Shown here piece by piece: positions 37,032-47,088 of a stretch of 64,000 nucleotides of DNA. The notes under the pieces were generated by a model that was not told the origin of the DNA, did no database searches, and saw only the letters and a program-made list of their open reading frames with translations. The stretch's first letter is position 1. Every line of letters begins with the position of its first letter. Source of the DNA: Alphaproteobacteria bacterium (GTDB lineage Bacteria > Pseudomonadota > Alphaproteobacteria > Rickettsiales > SXRF01); assembly GCA_046344715.1 (NCBI GenBank), contig JBKDKX010000006.1, positions 96,826-160,825 of the forward strand, written 5' to 3'. The translations under genes were made by a program, and so were the position numbers.

Positions 37032-37799
37032 TCAATAAACCCCTTCATCGGCAATATCAAGCACGCGCGCGCAATGCTTGCAGTGTACAGCGTCACGGTC
37101 ATGCAGCAAAAGTCCACAATCAGGGCATTTATGGCGTACCTTGTTTGGGCGGAAGACTGTTTGAATCAATCGGATAAACAGTGAAACGCCGAATATCATA
37201 ATAATAACCGCAATCAGCTTTCCGCTGTCACCTTGCAGCGTAATATCACCAAAACCGGTGGTGGTGAGTGTTGTAACTGTGAAATACAGCGCATCAATGT
37301 AATTTTTGATATTAGGGTTGCTTCCCACCTGCGATTCAAACACCACCGCCGTCATAACAAAAATGAAAATCAGAAGGTTGGTAGCGGATAGCATTACGTC
37401 CTCATGCCTCCGGAAAAACGTAAAATCCTGCCGCAGATGTTTCAGCACCGTGTAAGAGCGCAGCAATCTCAGCAGCCGCGCCACACGCAGGAAGGCCATA
37501 TTTTCACCCACCAGCGGCGCCAGCAATGAAATAATAGTTAGTATATCGGCGATACCATAAGGGCTTACAAAAAATGCCGTTTTACTCTTGGCAATCCACA
37601 ACCGCGCCGATACATCAAGCACCACCACCACGCCAATCACCAGATCAAGCATCTCGATCAGCGGCGCACCATAATAAAATGATGAGATAAACAGATAAAA
37701 AACAATCAGCACATCAAATGCCAGCAATGCATAGCGAAAATGTTTAGCGCGTGCGGCGTCGCTTTCATAAAAATATTCGATCTTGGTTTTAAGCGTCAT
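37032..37799 (-). CDS. Six-TM voltage-sensor-type K+ channel with a C-terminal zinc-ribbon-like tail
   Basis: 255 aa. S4-like LRVARLLRLLRS (Arg at every third residue), the selectivity filter TTLTTTGFGD, and the C-terminal CPDCG...HCKHC. Confidence 0.75.
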   Translation of the reverse strand: MTLKTKIEYFYESDAARAKHFRYALLAFDVLIVFYLFISSFYYGAPLIEMLDLVIGVVVVLDVSARLWIAKSKTAFFVSPYGIADILTIISLLAPLVGENMAFLRVARLLRLLRSYTVLKHLRQDFTFFRRHEDVMLSATNLLIFIFVMTAVVFESQVGSNPNIKNYIDALYFTVTTLTTTGFGDITLQGDSGKLIAVIIMIFGVSLFIRLIQTVFRPNKVRHKCPDCGLLLHDRDAVHCKHCARVLDIADEGVY

Positions 37800-37805
37800 G
37801 ATGAT

Positions 37806-38174
37806 TTAATTGCTCGTTGGAAATCCGCGTTCATTCCAGCCGCGCCAACCACCGGCCATCGAAAGCACATTGGTATATCCCATTTTTTGCAAGGAGTCCG
37901 CGGCAAGCGCTGAACGATATCCGCCACCGCAATAAAGCACCATCGGTGTGGCTTTATCCGGCACTTTAGATTCGATATAACACTCGATAATACCCTTGCT
38001 TAAATGCACCGCGCCCGTGATTCTTCCTGCAGCAAATTCTGACTCTTCGCGTGTGTCTATGAGCAGGAAAGGCAAGGATTTATGGATATTTGCCATCACT
38101 TCTTCCGCGCTGATTTCCTTTATGCGCGTTTTTGCATCATCAACCAGTTTTAGAAATGCAGAGTTATGGTTCAT
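37806..38174 (-). CDS. Single-domain rhodanese (sulfurtransferase)
   Basis: 122 aa. Active-site loop LYCGGGYRSA. The ATG overlaps the stop of the upstream metH part (ATGA). Confidence 0.75.
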   Translation of the reverse strand: MNHNSAFLKLVDDAKTRIKEISAEEVMANIHKSLPFLLIDTREESEFAAGRITGAVHLSKGIIECYIESKVPDKATPMVLYCGGGYRSALAADSLQKMGYTNVLSMAGGWRGWNERGFPTSN

Positions 38175-40009
38175 GCCACCTTCTCCATCGGGCTTCTTCT
38201 ATCAAAAATCAAATCTTCCGCCGCTTGCACTTCATGCGCAGGAATTTTGTGCAATGGCTTAATTTTACTCACATGGATAATTGCACCCGTCATGCCACGT
38301 TTTTGTGCATGGTCAAGATACACAGAATTGAGCACATGGCGTGCTGCCGGATTTAAGCCGAATGAAATATTGGATAAGCCCAGAATAATCTGTATATCCG
38401 GCAGTTCTTTGGCAATGCGCTCAATCGCCTCAAGCGTCCAGAGCCCTAGTTTTCGGTCATCTTCGTTGCCAGTGCAGATGGTAAACGTTAGCGGATCAAT
38501 CATCAAATCCGAAGGCGGCAGGCCATAGCCCTCGCAGCAGAATTTATAGAGCCTGTGGGCAATCGCTAGTTTACGATCCACATCCTTCGCCATGCCTTCT
38601 TCATCAATGGTAAGAGCAATTACGGCAGCACCATATTTTTTGGCAAGCTGCATGCGTTTATGTGCGGGTTCTTCACCGTCTTCAAAGTTGATGGAGTTGA
38701 TAATCGCCTTACCGCCATAGAGTTTCAATGCTGCCTCGAGCACCACCAGTTCGGTGGAATCAATCACCAGCGGTGCTGTAACGCTGCCACGCAAGCGCGA
38801 TACCATTTCGCTCATGTCTTTTATCTCATCGCGACCAACAAATGCCGTGCAGATATCCAGCGTGTGCGAACCTTCTTTCACCTGTTCCTTGGCCATGTCG
38901 ATGCAGGTATCCCAATCTTCCCTGTCCTGTGCTTCCTTGAACTTTTTTGAACCGTTGGCATTGCAACGCTCGCCGATGGCAAGAATGGCATTATCCTGCC
39001 GCAGTTCCGTTTGCTGGTAAAGCGAGGCAACCGCTGGTATCCAATGCTGCGTGCGGGCAACTGGCGCAGGGCGGCGTTTGCCGCCTTCCTGACGCGCAAG
39101 CATTGCGTTCAGTGCTGCGATATGGTTTTCATTCGTTCCACAGCAGCCACCAATAATGTTGATGCCGTCCTCTTTCAGAAAACGCTCCATCCAGCGCGCC
39201 ATTTCATCAGGCCCGAGCGGAAAATGCACATGGCCTTCATGCATTTCAGGCAGGCCAGCATTTGGCAGCACTGAAATTTTATGCGGCCAGTTTTGCGAAA
39301 GCCAGCGCACATGATCAGCCATTTCCTGCGGGCCAGTGGCGCAATTTAGCCCCATGCTGAATACATCAAGCGCATCAATGATGGTCGCAGCCGCTGCAAT
39401 ATCGCTGCCCACCAGCATCGTACCTGTTGTCTCTACCGTCACCTGTACCATGATAGGAAGGGTAATACCTGCTTTGTTCATGGCGATTTTTGCACCATTG
39501 ACCGCCGCTTTTATTTGCAGCGGATCTTGCGCTGTCTCAACTAAAAATGCATCCGCCCTGCCTTCAATCAATCCATGCGCCTGCAAGGTAAAGGACGCCT
39601 CCAGCGCATCATAATCAATATGACCAAGACTCGGCAGTTTTGTCCCCGGACCAATGGCACCCACTACAAAACGCTCTCTGCCATCATGCGCAAATTCTGC
39701 AATCGCCTCATGCGCCAGCTCGCAAGCACGGCGGTTGATTTCCAAGGTTTTATCGGAAAGTTCAAATTCACCCAGCGTGATGGATGAACCGCCAAATGTA
39801 TTGGTTTCCACCGCATCTGCACCTGCTGCTAAATATTTTTTATGCACATCGCGCACAAAATCCGGCCGCGAGAGATTGAGGATTTCTGAGCAGTTTTCCT
39901 GCCCCCAGTAATCCTTCTCCACGTCAAGGTTTACGGCCTGAATCTGCGTTCCCATCGCCCCATCGAGCAGCAGCACCTGTGATTCAACAAATTCAGAAAA
40001 ACGGCTCAT
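38171..40009 (-). CDS. metH: Methionine synthase, N-terminal part (homocysteine S-methyltransferase and pterin-binding modules)
   Basis: 612 aa. LLDGAMGTQIQ, GLNCATGP, IIGGCCGT (Hcy module Zn ligands), then the pterin-binding module ..IGERCNANGSKKF...LDIC...INSI... Confidence 0.85.
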   Translation of the reverse strand: MSRFSEFVESQVLLLDGAMGTQIQAVNLDVEKDYWGQENCSEILNLSRPDFVRDVHKKYLAAGADAVETNTFGGSSITLGEFELSDKTLEINRRACELAHEAIAEFAHDGRERFVVGAIGPGTKLPSLGHIDYDALEASFTLQAHGLIEGRADAFLVETAQDPLQIKAAVNGAKIAMNKAGITLPIMVQVTVETTGTMLVGSDIAAAATIIDALDVFSMGLNCATGPQEMADHVRWLSQNWPHKISVLPNAGLPEMHEGHVHFPLGPDEMARWMERFLKEDGINIIGGCCGTNENHIAALNAMLARQEGGKRRPAPVARTQHWIPAVASLYQQTELRQDNAILAIGERCNANGSKKFKEAQDREDWDTCIDMAKEQVKEGSHTLDICTAFVGRDEIKDMSEMVSRLRGSVTAPLVIDSTELVVLEAALKLYGGKAIINSINFEDGEEPAHKRMQLAKKYGAAVIALTIDEEGMAKDVDRKLAIAHRLYKFCCEGYGLPPSDLMIDPLTFTICTGNEDDRKLGLWTLEAIERIAKELPDIQIILGLSNISFGLNPAARHVLNSVYLDHAQKRGMTGAIIHVSKIKPLHKIPAHEVQAAEDLIFDRRSPMEKVA

Positions 40010-40062
40010 TTTTTATATTCCATGGGCATGACAAGTTTTTAATATGTGCTATATAGAGGCTT

Positions 40063-41451
40063 ATGGCCAAATCCACAACCCAATATACCTGCCAGTCCTG
40101 CGGCGCAATTCATCCCAAATGGTCGGGTAAATGCGACGATTGCGCAGCATGGAACTCGCTGGTGGAAGAAGCTGGCAACGAGACCACGCCTAAAGGCCTA
40201 ACCAGCGGAAAAGGCAAAAAAATTGAGCTTACCACGCTCGATGCCGATACTGAAGAAGCCATGCGTACACTCACCGGCATTGGTGAGTTAGACAGGGTAC
40301 TGGGCGGCGGCATGGTGGCGGGAAGCGCCATTTTAATTGGTGGTGATCCGGGCATCGGAAAATCCACCATATTACTACAGGCTGTATCAGCGGCGGCAAA
40401 AGCGGGCGTGCCGTGCGCGTATATTTCCGGTGAGGAATCAGTAGCACAAATTTCCCTGCGCGCCAAGCGCCTTGGTCTTGCCACCCCTCAGGTAAAACTG
40501 GCCTCTGCCACTTCCGTGCGCGATATTATTTCTACGCTGGATGGCGCAAATCCTCCAGCACTTATGGTGATTGATTCGGTGCAGACCATGTATCTCGATA
40601 ATCTCGATGCCGCACCGGGCACGGTAAGCCAAGTTCGTGCCGCAAGTCATGAGCTTATCAAGCTCGCCAAGAAGCGTGGAATTACGCTTTTCCTCGTGGG
40701 ACATGTCACCAAAGACGGGCAGATCGCAGGCCCACGCGTGCTGGAACATATGGTCGATACGGTGCTCTATTTCGAGGGCGAACGTGGCCACCAGTTTCGC
40801 ATTCTGCGCTCGGTTAAAAACCGTTTCGGCGGCACCGATGAAATCGGCGTATTTGAAATGACGGATATGGGACTAAAAGAAGTCACCAACCCCTCCTCCC
40901 TGTTTCTTTCCTCGCGTGAACACCCCATCAGCGGTGCTTGTGTTTTTGCTGGTATGGAGGGCTCTCGCCCACTTTTGGTTGAGGTGCAGGCACTGGTATC
41001 GCCTTCCTATATGAGTTCGCCACGCCGCGCGGTGGTTGGGTGGGATTCAAACCGCCTGGCCATGGTACTGGCAGTGCTTGAAACCCGCGCTAACATCCGG
41101 TTTTCTGATAAGGAAGTGTATTTAAGCGTGGCGGGAGGTATTAAGGTTTCCGAGCCAGCGGCGGATATGGCCGTTGCAAGTGCACTCATTTCTGCCCTTT
41201 ATGATGCTCCATTGCCAGAATCCTGCGTGATGTTTGGGGAAATTGGCTTGTCAGGCGAAATACGGGCAGTCAGCCGTGCCGATGCCCGCCTTAAGGAAGC
41301 TGAAAAGCTCGGCTTTGCCTCCGCCTATATCCCTAAATCCAGTGCATTTAAGGGTTTGACCCTTGGCATAAAACATGTAGATAGTGTATCCGCTTTGGCG
41401 CGTGAATTGTTTGGTTCCGGTGCCGTAAAGAAAAAAGCCATTCCAGCATGA
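40063..41451 (+). CDS. radA: DNA repair protein RadA
   Basis: Zinc finger YTCQSCGAIHPKWSGKCDDC, Walker A GGDPGIGKST, KNRFG, and a Lon-like C-terminal domain. Confidence 0.9.
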   Translation: MAKSTTQYTCQSCGAIHPKWSGKCDDCAAWNSLVEEAGNETTPKGLTSGKGKKIELTTLDADTEEAMRTLTGIGELDRVLGGGMVAGSAILIGGDPGIGKSTILLQAVSAAAKAGVPCAYISGEESVAQISLRAKRLGLATPQVKLASATSVRDIISTLDGANPPALMVIDSVQTMYLDNLDAAPGTVSQVRAASHELIKLAKKRGITLFLVGHVTKDGQIAGPRVLEHMVDTVLYFEGERGHQFRILRSVKNRFGGTDEIGVFEMTDMGLKEVTNPSSLFLSSREHPISGACVFAGMEGSRPLLVEVQALVSPSYMSSPRRAVVGWDSNRLAMVLAVLETRANIRFSDKEVYLSVAGGIKVSEPAADMAVASALISALYDAPLPESCVMFGEIGLSGEIRAVSRADARLKEAEKLGFASAYIPKSSAFKGLTLGIKHVDSVSALARELFGSGAVKKKAIPA

Positions 41452-41461
41452 GGCGCAGGCC

Positions 41462-42091
41462 ATGATTGAAACCCACCTGAATGTGTTTGATATCATTGTA
41501 CTGGCTATTGTTGGTTTTTCCTGCCTGTTTGCATTTTTCCGTGGGCTCGTGCGCGAGATATTGTCACTGGTAGCATGGATAGGCGCTGCAATTGTTACCA
41601 TGCGCTACTTTCCTGATGCTCTGGAATTCACCAAAGAGCATTTCAAAAGTGAAGCCATGGCTGTTGGTGCTGCCGTTATCGGTCTTTATATTGCCTCGCT
41701 TTTCGCCTTCAGCATCGTCAACTGGATGCTCATCAAAGTTATCAAGCAAGGCGGTGAAGCCGGCATACTTGATAATATGTTAGGCCTTGGATTCGGCGCT
41801 CTGCGCGGCGCATTTATCGTTTCTCTTGGTTTTTTCATGCTAACAATGGTTATGCCAGAAGATGAAGACGACATGCCCAAATGGCTAAAGGAATCGGTAA
41901 CGCGACCTTATGTTGCCAAGGGTTCTGCTATATTGGTGAATGCTGCACCGGAATATTTGAAAGACGTCTCCAAATTGCAGGAACGCGCCAAGACTTACGC
42001 GGAAGAAAATGCTAAATCAGCCGAAGATACAGAATCTGACGCCGAACAGGAATTTGAAAACATGATGAGAAAGAGTCAGCCAGCACGATGA
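41462..42091 (+). CDS. cvpA: CvpA-family membrane protein
   Basis: 209 aa. LNVFDIIVLAIVGFSCLFAFFRGLVREILSL. It occupies the conserved position between radA and purF. Confidence 0.75.
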   Translation: MIETHLNVFDIIVLAIVGFSCLFAFFRGLVREILSLVAWIGAAIVTMRYFPDALEFTKEHFKSEAMAVGAAVIGLYIASLFAFSIVNWMLIKVIKQGGEAGILDNMLGLGFGALRGAFIVSLGFFMLTMVMPEDEDDMPKWLKESVTRPYVAKGSAILVNAAPEYLKDVSKLQERAKTYAEENAKSAEDTESDAEQEFENMMRKSQPAR

Positions 42092-43527
42092 GCACACCTT
42101 TTGATGATAAGCTGCACGAAGAATGCGGCATTTTTGGTATCAGCGGCCATGCAGACGCTGCTGCACATACCGCGCTTGGCCTGCATGCATTGCAACATCG
42201 CGGGCAGGAAGCCGCAGGTATTGTCAGCTGTGACGGCACACAGTTTTACACGCACCGCGCACTTGGCCTTGTAGGGGATAATTTTAATTCCGCCGAGATC
42301 ATTAGCAAACTCAAAGGCCACATGGCTATTGGTCATAACCGCTATTCTACCACCGGCGACACACTGCTTCGCAACGTGCAACCTTTCTCCGGCGATTTCT
42401 CGTTTGGTGGCCTTGCCGTTGCGCATAACGGTAATCTTACCAACGCGATGACACTGCGCAAGCAACTCATTGATGTGGGCTGTTTGTTCCAATCTACTTC
42501 AGACACAGAAGTCATCGTCCACCTCATCGCACTGTCCAAACAAAGCACTATCGAAGACCGGTTGTTTGACGCATTGGTACGCGTAGAAGGTGCTTACTCA
42601 CTCGTAGTGCTGGCCGGTGATCGCCTGATTGGTGTACGTGATCCGCTCGGTGTGCGTCCGCTCGTACTCGGCAAGCTGGGTGATGCGTGGTTGCTTGCCT
42701 CTGAAACCTGTGCGTTTGACATTGTGGGTGCAGACTATGTGCGTGATGTTGAGCCTGGCGAAATGGTGATTATTTCACCACAAGGCATCAAATCCCTGAA
42801 GCCATTTGCAAAAACATCTCCGCGTTTTTGTATTTTTGAATATGTATATTTCGCCCGTCCAGATTCTATCACCGAAGGTTTGAATGTTTATGAAGCGCGC
42901 CAGCGCATTGGTGCAGAGCTGGCTAAAGAAGCTGGCATTCCTGCGGATGTTGTCGTGCCTGTGCCGGATTCCGGAATCCCCGCCGCACTGGGCTATGCCA
43001 AAGCATCCAAGATTCCGTTTGAGCTTGGCATCATACGCAACCATTATGTAGGGCGTACGTTCATTGAGCCGTCAGATCATGTGCGCCACTTGGGCGTGAA
43101 ACTAAAGCATAATGGCAACCGCGCCATGCTGGAAGGCAAGCGCGTGATACTGGTGGATGATTCTATCGTGCGCGGAACTACTTCCAAAAAAATTGTTACC
43201 ATGGTGCGCGACGCAGGTGCAAAAGAAGTGCATATGCGTATCGCGAGTCCGCCTACCACCCATTCCTGTTTTTATGGTGTTGATACCCCCACGCGTGACC
43301 AGTTAATGGCTGCAAAGCATGACGTGCGCGAAATGGCGCGCCTCATCGGTGCTGATAGCCTCGCATTTGTATCGCTGGATGGGATGTACCGCGCCGTATC
43401 TGGCAAAGGCCGCAACAACGCATCACCGCAATTCTGCGACGCCTGTTTCTCTGGTGAATATCCAATCCCACTCACCGATAATGAGAATAGCTCCGGCAGC
43501 AAAAAAGATTTGTTCTCCGAGGTGTAA
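42088..43527 (+). CDS. purF: Amidophosphoribosyltransferase
   Basis: HEECGIFGI (N-terminal nucleophile Cys), GHNRYSTTG, and the PRT motif VILVDDSIVRGTTS. Confidence 0.9.
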   Translation: MSTPFDDKLHEECGIFGISGHADAAAHTALGLHALQHRGQEAAGIVSCDGTQFYTHRALGLVGDNFNSAEIISKLKGHMAIGHNRYSTTGDTLLRNVQPFSGDFSFGGLAVAHNGNLTNAMTLRKQLIDVGCLFQSTSDTEVIVHLIALSKQSTIEDRLFDALVRVEGAYSLVVLAGDRLIGVRDPLGVRPLVLGKLGDAWLLASETCAFDIVGADYVRDVEPGEMVIISPQGIKSLKPFAKTSPRFCIFEYVYFARPDSITEGLNVYEARQRIGAELAKEAGIPADVVVPVPDSGIPAALGYAKASKIPFELGIIRNHYVGRTFIEPSDHVRHLGVKLKHNGNRAMLEGKRVILVDDSIVRGTTSKKIVTMVRDAGAKEVHMRIASPPTTHSCFYGVDTPTRDQLMAAKHDVREMARLIGADSLAFVSLDGMYRAVSGKGRNNASPQFCDACFSGEYPIPLTDNENSSGSKKDLFSEV

Positions 43528-43529
43528 TT

Positions 43530-43554
43530 GGTCATTAGTCATGCGTCATTGGTC
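43530..43554 (+). repeat. ggtcattagtcat / gcgtcattggtc motifs in the SDR gene leader, complementary to its start region
   Basis: The reverse complement of atgacccatgacc (43588-43600) is ggtcatgggtcat, matching 43530-43542 at 11 of 13 positions. The architecture is the same as at 32265-32326. Confidence 0.65.
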
Positions 43555-43587
43555 TTTAGTATCTATCTTACCCGTGACTAACAACTC

Positions 43588-44295
43588 ATGACCCATGACC
43601 TAAAAAACCGCATCGCGCTGATTACTGGCGCATCACGCGGCATTGGTGCGGCCGTTGCCAAACGTTTTGCTGCGGAAGGGGCGCATGTGATTCTTGCAGC
43701 ACGCAATGTGGCAGGGCTTGAAGAAAACGACGATGCGATACGCGCCGCTGGTGGCAATGCCACACTGGTGCAGTTAGATGTCACCAAGCCTGAGCAAATT
43801 GAAATGCTTGCAAAACAAATAGCGCAGCGCTTCGGCAAACTGGATATCCTGGTGGGTAATGCTGGTATACTGGGTGAGCTTTCACCCATCGCCCACACCA
43901 CACCGGAACATTGGGACAGAGTAATGTCAACCAACCTCACTGCCAATTTCCACTTGCTGCGCCAGCTTGATGCATTGCTTTTATGCTCGGACGCACCGCG
44001 TGCTATGTTTGTCACCTCCGGTGTTGGCTCGCACGTGCGCGCCTATTGGGGGGCCTATGCCATCAGCAAAGCAGCGTTGGAAATGATGGCACGTCTTTAC
44101 GCCGCAGAAAATGCAGACAGCAAGCTTAAGGTAAACATCATTAATCCCGGGCAGGTGCGCACGCATATGAACGCGCAGGCCTTCCCGGGTGCCGACCCGA
44201 TGACGCGCCCTGCAGCAGACAACATCACGGATATATTTGTGACGCTCGCAAGCCCCGCGTGCATCGCCAACGGTGAAACCTTCAACGCGCAGTGA
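43588..44295 (+). CDS. SDR-family oxidoreductase
   Basis: 235 aa. ALITGASRGIGAAVA, GNAGI, YAISKAA. Confidence 0.8.
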   Translation: MTHDLKNRIALITGASRGIGAAVAKRFAAEGAHVILAARNVAGLEENDDAIRAAGGNATLVQLDVTKPEQIEMLAKQIAQRFGKLDILVGNAGILGELSPIAHTTPEHWDRVMSTNLTANFHLLRQLDALLLCSDAPRAMFVTSGVGSHVRAYWGAYAISKAALEMMARLYAAENADSKLKVNIINPGQVRTHMNAQAFPGADPMTRPAADNITDIFVTLASPACIANGETFNAQ

Positions 44296-44301
44296 ATAAC
44301 A

Positions 44302-44381
44302 TGTCATTGCGAGCATCTGTGAAGCAATCCAGTTTTTATTGCTATAGATTGCTTCGTCGCTTAAGCTCCTCGTAATGACGA
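44302..44381. repeat. Palindromic intergenic element, family 2, second copy (inverted relative to 30915-30997)
   Basis: tgtcattgcgagcatctgtgaagcaatccag ... tagattgcttcgtcgcttaagctcctcgtaatgacga. The reverse complement of the right arm closely matches the left arm of the 30915 copy. Confidence 0.7.
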
Positions 44382-44397
44382 CAGAAAGGATGCTCAT

Positions 44398-45096
44398 ATG
44401 GAAACGCTGATTTTCGCATTCGCACGCGCGCTGCGCTCATTGTTCGCCCCCGGGATGATACGGGTGTTTTGTTATTCCGTGCTGCTTACCATCGTGGTGT
44501 TGTGCGTATTCTGGGTAGGTGCCAGTAACATACTGGTGTGGCTTTTTGACCGTCCGGCGGCAGAAAATCTGCCATTTGACATTATGCCGCTGATTATCAC
44601 AGGAGCCACCGGCATTCTCGCATGGTTTTTATTTCCAGGTATCATGCCGGTGATTGTGAATTTCTTTGATGATAAAATTGCCAATATCATCGAGAGACAG
44701 GATTATCCACATAGCCAACCCATCGCCAATCCGGCCTTCTGGCCGGAATTCTGGCACGATGCAAAGTTTTCACTCACCGTACTTGGCATCAACCTGCTAG
44801 TTTTACCGCTATATTTAATCCCTGTTATTAACGCGATATTGTTTTACTGGCTGAATGGCTATCTGCTTGGCAAGGAATTCTTTATCATGACGGCACGCCG
44901 CCACATCCCGCTCATCGAGGCCAAAAAACTCTGGGGCACGCAAAGCCGCACTATCACGGTTGCTGGCATTGCGCTTACTTTTATGGCTACCCTGCCTGTA
45001 TTCAACCTGTTTGCACCCTTCTGGGGCATCGCAGTGATGACGCATATCTACCACCGGAACAAACAAGGCGTAGAAATATTGCCACCTTATAGATAA
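44398..45096 (+). CDS. Multi-pass membrane protein (tentatively EI24/CysZ-like)
   Basis: 232 aa with about four or more TM segments. The family assignment rests only on general resemblance (size, N-terminal FARALRSLF, TM layout). Confidence 0.4.
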   Translation: METLIFAFARALRSLFAPGMIRVFCYSVLLTIVVLCVFWVGASNILVWLFDRPAAENLPFDIMPLIITGATGILAWFLFPGIMPVIVNFFDDKIANIIERQDYPHSQPIANPAFWPEFWHDAKFSLTVLGINLLVLPLYLIPVINAILFYWLNGYLLGKEFFIMTARRHIPLIEAKKLWGTQSRTITVAGIALTFMATLPVFNLFAPFWGIAVMTHIYHRNKQGVEILPPYR

Positions 45097-45111
45097 CATT
45101 GGGAGTTATTC

Positions 45112-45792
45112 ATGAACAAATATCTGGTTATCATACCCCTTATACTCACAGCATGTGCAGGTGAAGATTTCAGCGCAGATTTACTTGCCGGTACAGGACA
45201 TAATGGCGGAAAATTGGCAGAGAATAAATTTGAAATATCAGCACATGGACCAGATCTTCTCAAAGCAAAAGAATATTTTGAGAAGAAGGCAACACAACTT
45301 TGTAATAACAAACCGTACCAGATAAAAGGTTCTGCCCTGCAAAGTTACAGCAGCCGCGAATATGGCGGCACACCTGGTTATTTCATAACCGTTCCGCATA
45401 AAATTATGCAGGGTGTTGTACTATGTGAAGGGTATCAGCCTTCCGCTAAAACGCGCTATACAGTTGGAGAGGTAAAATCCAGTGTACAAGCGCCTTCCAT
45501 ATTCAATAAATACATAAAAGAGGAATTGGAATTCGAGCTTGCAAAGCACGATATGCTGGCGGATTCAGCAGGCGCAAATACTATCAACATCACGGTAACT
45601 GGCTATAAAGCACCTCCAATAGCCGCTGAATTACTCTTTGGTAATTTAGCGCCTCATGCACTCACAACTCAGGTTAATGTAAACGGATCACCGATATCAG
45701 TAACAACTGAAGAAGGCTTAGGTGACGAGGCAAGTTACGTTAATTTCAGCAGTGAACATGCCAAAAATATAGTTAAACAAATGAATAACTAA
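45112..45792 (+). CDS. Lipoprotein, function unknown
   Basis: MNKYLVIIPLILTAC lipobox. 226 aa. Confidence 0.55.
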   Translation: MNKYLVIIPLILTACAGEDFSADLLAGTGHNGGKLAENKFEISAHGPDLLKAKEYFEKKATQLCNNKPYQIKGSALQSYSSREYGGTPGYFITVPHKIMQGVVLCEGYQPSAKTRYTVGEVKSSVQAPSIFNKYIKEELEFELAKHDMLADSAGANTINITVTGYKAPPIAAELLFGNLAPHALTTQVNVNGSPISVTTEEGLGDEASYVNFSSEHAKNIVKQMNN

Positions 45793-45794
45793 TT

Positions 45795-47018
45795 CTAAGC
45801 AGCCTTCCGCATTGCGTCTTTCAGTCCTGCATCCAGCTTATCTAAGAACTGCGTGGTAGTAAGCCACTGCTGCTTGTCAGAGATGAGTGTAGCGAGATCT
45901 TTAGTCATGAAGCCCGCCTCTACCGTATCCACGCACACTTTTTCCAACAACTCAGCGAATGCTTTTACATCCGGCGTGTTGTCGAACTTTGCGCGGTAAG
46001 AAAGCCCGCGCGTCCACGCGAAAATGGAAGCAATCGGGTTCGTGGAGGTTTCCTTGCCCTTCTGGTGCTCGCGGTAATGTCGAGTCACCGTGCCGTGCGC
46101 CGCTTCTGCTTCGATCGTGTTGCCATCCGGTGTCATTAGCACGGAGGTCATAAGCCCTAGTGAGCCAAAGCCCTGTGCCACGGTATCCGACTGCACGTCG
46201 CCATCATAATTCTTACACGCCCACACAAAACCACCAGACCATTTAAGCGCCATGGCCACCATGTCATCAATCAGTCGGTGCTCGTAAGTTAGCTTTGCTT
46301 TTTCAAACTGTGTTTTGAATTCCTTGTCGTACACTTCCTGAAAGATGTCCTTGAAACGGCCATCATAGACTTTCAGGATGGTATTCTTGGTAGAAAGGAA
46401 TACCGGATAATTGCGCATCAGCCCGTAATTCAGGCAAGCGCGCGCGAATCCCCGGATGGATTCATCAAGGTTATACATACCCATCGCCACGCCCGCTTCC
46501 TTGAATTCAAACACTTCATGGGTGATGGGAGCACTGCCGTCCTTCGGCGTGAAGGTCATGGTAAGTTTGCCAGCCGATGGAATTTTGAAATCAGTGGCGC
46601 GATATTGATCGCCGAAGGCATGTCGACCAATCACAATTGGCTGGGTCCAGCCAGGTACTAGGCGCGGCACGTTCTTACAGATGATGGGTTCGCGAAACAC
46701 CGTACCGTCCAGAATATTGCGGATCGTACCGTTGGGAGATTTCCACATTTTCTTGAGATTAAACTCTTTCACGCGCTCTTCATCCGGCGTAATGGTGGCG
46801 CATTTCACGCCCACGCCATATTTTTTGATGGCCTCACCGGCTTCGATAGTGATTTTATCTTCGGTTTCATCGCGCTTCTGCACCGAGAGGTCATAATATT
46901 TCAAATCCACATCGAGATACGGCAGTATTAGCTTTTCCTTGATGAACGCCCAGATAATGCGCGTCATCTCGTCACCATCAATTTCAACGATGGGGGTTTT
47001 TACTTTGATTTTGGACAT
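45795..47018 (-). CDS. icd: NADP-dependent isocitrate dehydrogenase (homodimeric, eukaryote-like type)
   Basis: [23 protein letters not shown]...TITPDE...GTVTRHYR. The start is moved to ATG 47018 (aggaga SD); the track adds 10 codons. Confidence 0.88.
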   Translation of the reverse strand: MSKIKVKTPIVEIDGDEMTRIIWAFIKEKLILPYLDVDLKYYDLSVQKRDETEDKITIEAGEAIKKYGVGVKCATITPDEERVKEFNLKKMWKSPNGTIRNILDGTVFREPIICKNVPRLVPGWTQPIVIGRHAFGDQYRATDFKIPSAGKLTMTFTPKDGSAPITHEVFEFKEAGVAMGMYNLDESIRGFARACLNYGLMRNYPVFLSTKNTILKVYDGRFKDIFQEVYDKEFKTQFEKAKLTYEHRLIDDMVAMALKWSGGFVWACKNYDGDVQSDTVAQGFGSLGLMTSVLMTPDGNTIEAEAAHGTVTRHYREHQKGKETSTNPIASIFAWTRGLSYRAKFDNTPDVKAFAELLEKVCVDTVEAGFMTKDLATLISDKQQWLTTTQFLDKLDAGLKDAMRKAA

Positions 47019-47073
47019 ACTATCTCCTATTTTTCCTATCATTAGCATATATCCTGCGGGGAAAAATGCAAAT

Positions 47074-47088
47074 GCCGCGTGTCGCGGC
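47074..47088 (-). terminator. Hairpin directly after the P450 stop codon
   Basis: gccgcg-tgt-cgcggc, followed on the minus strand by atttgcattttt. Confidence 0.5.
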
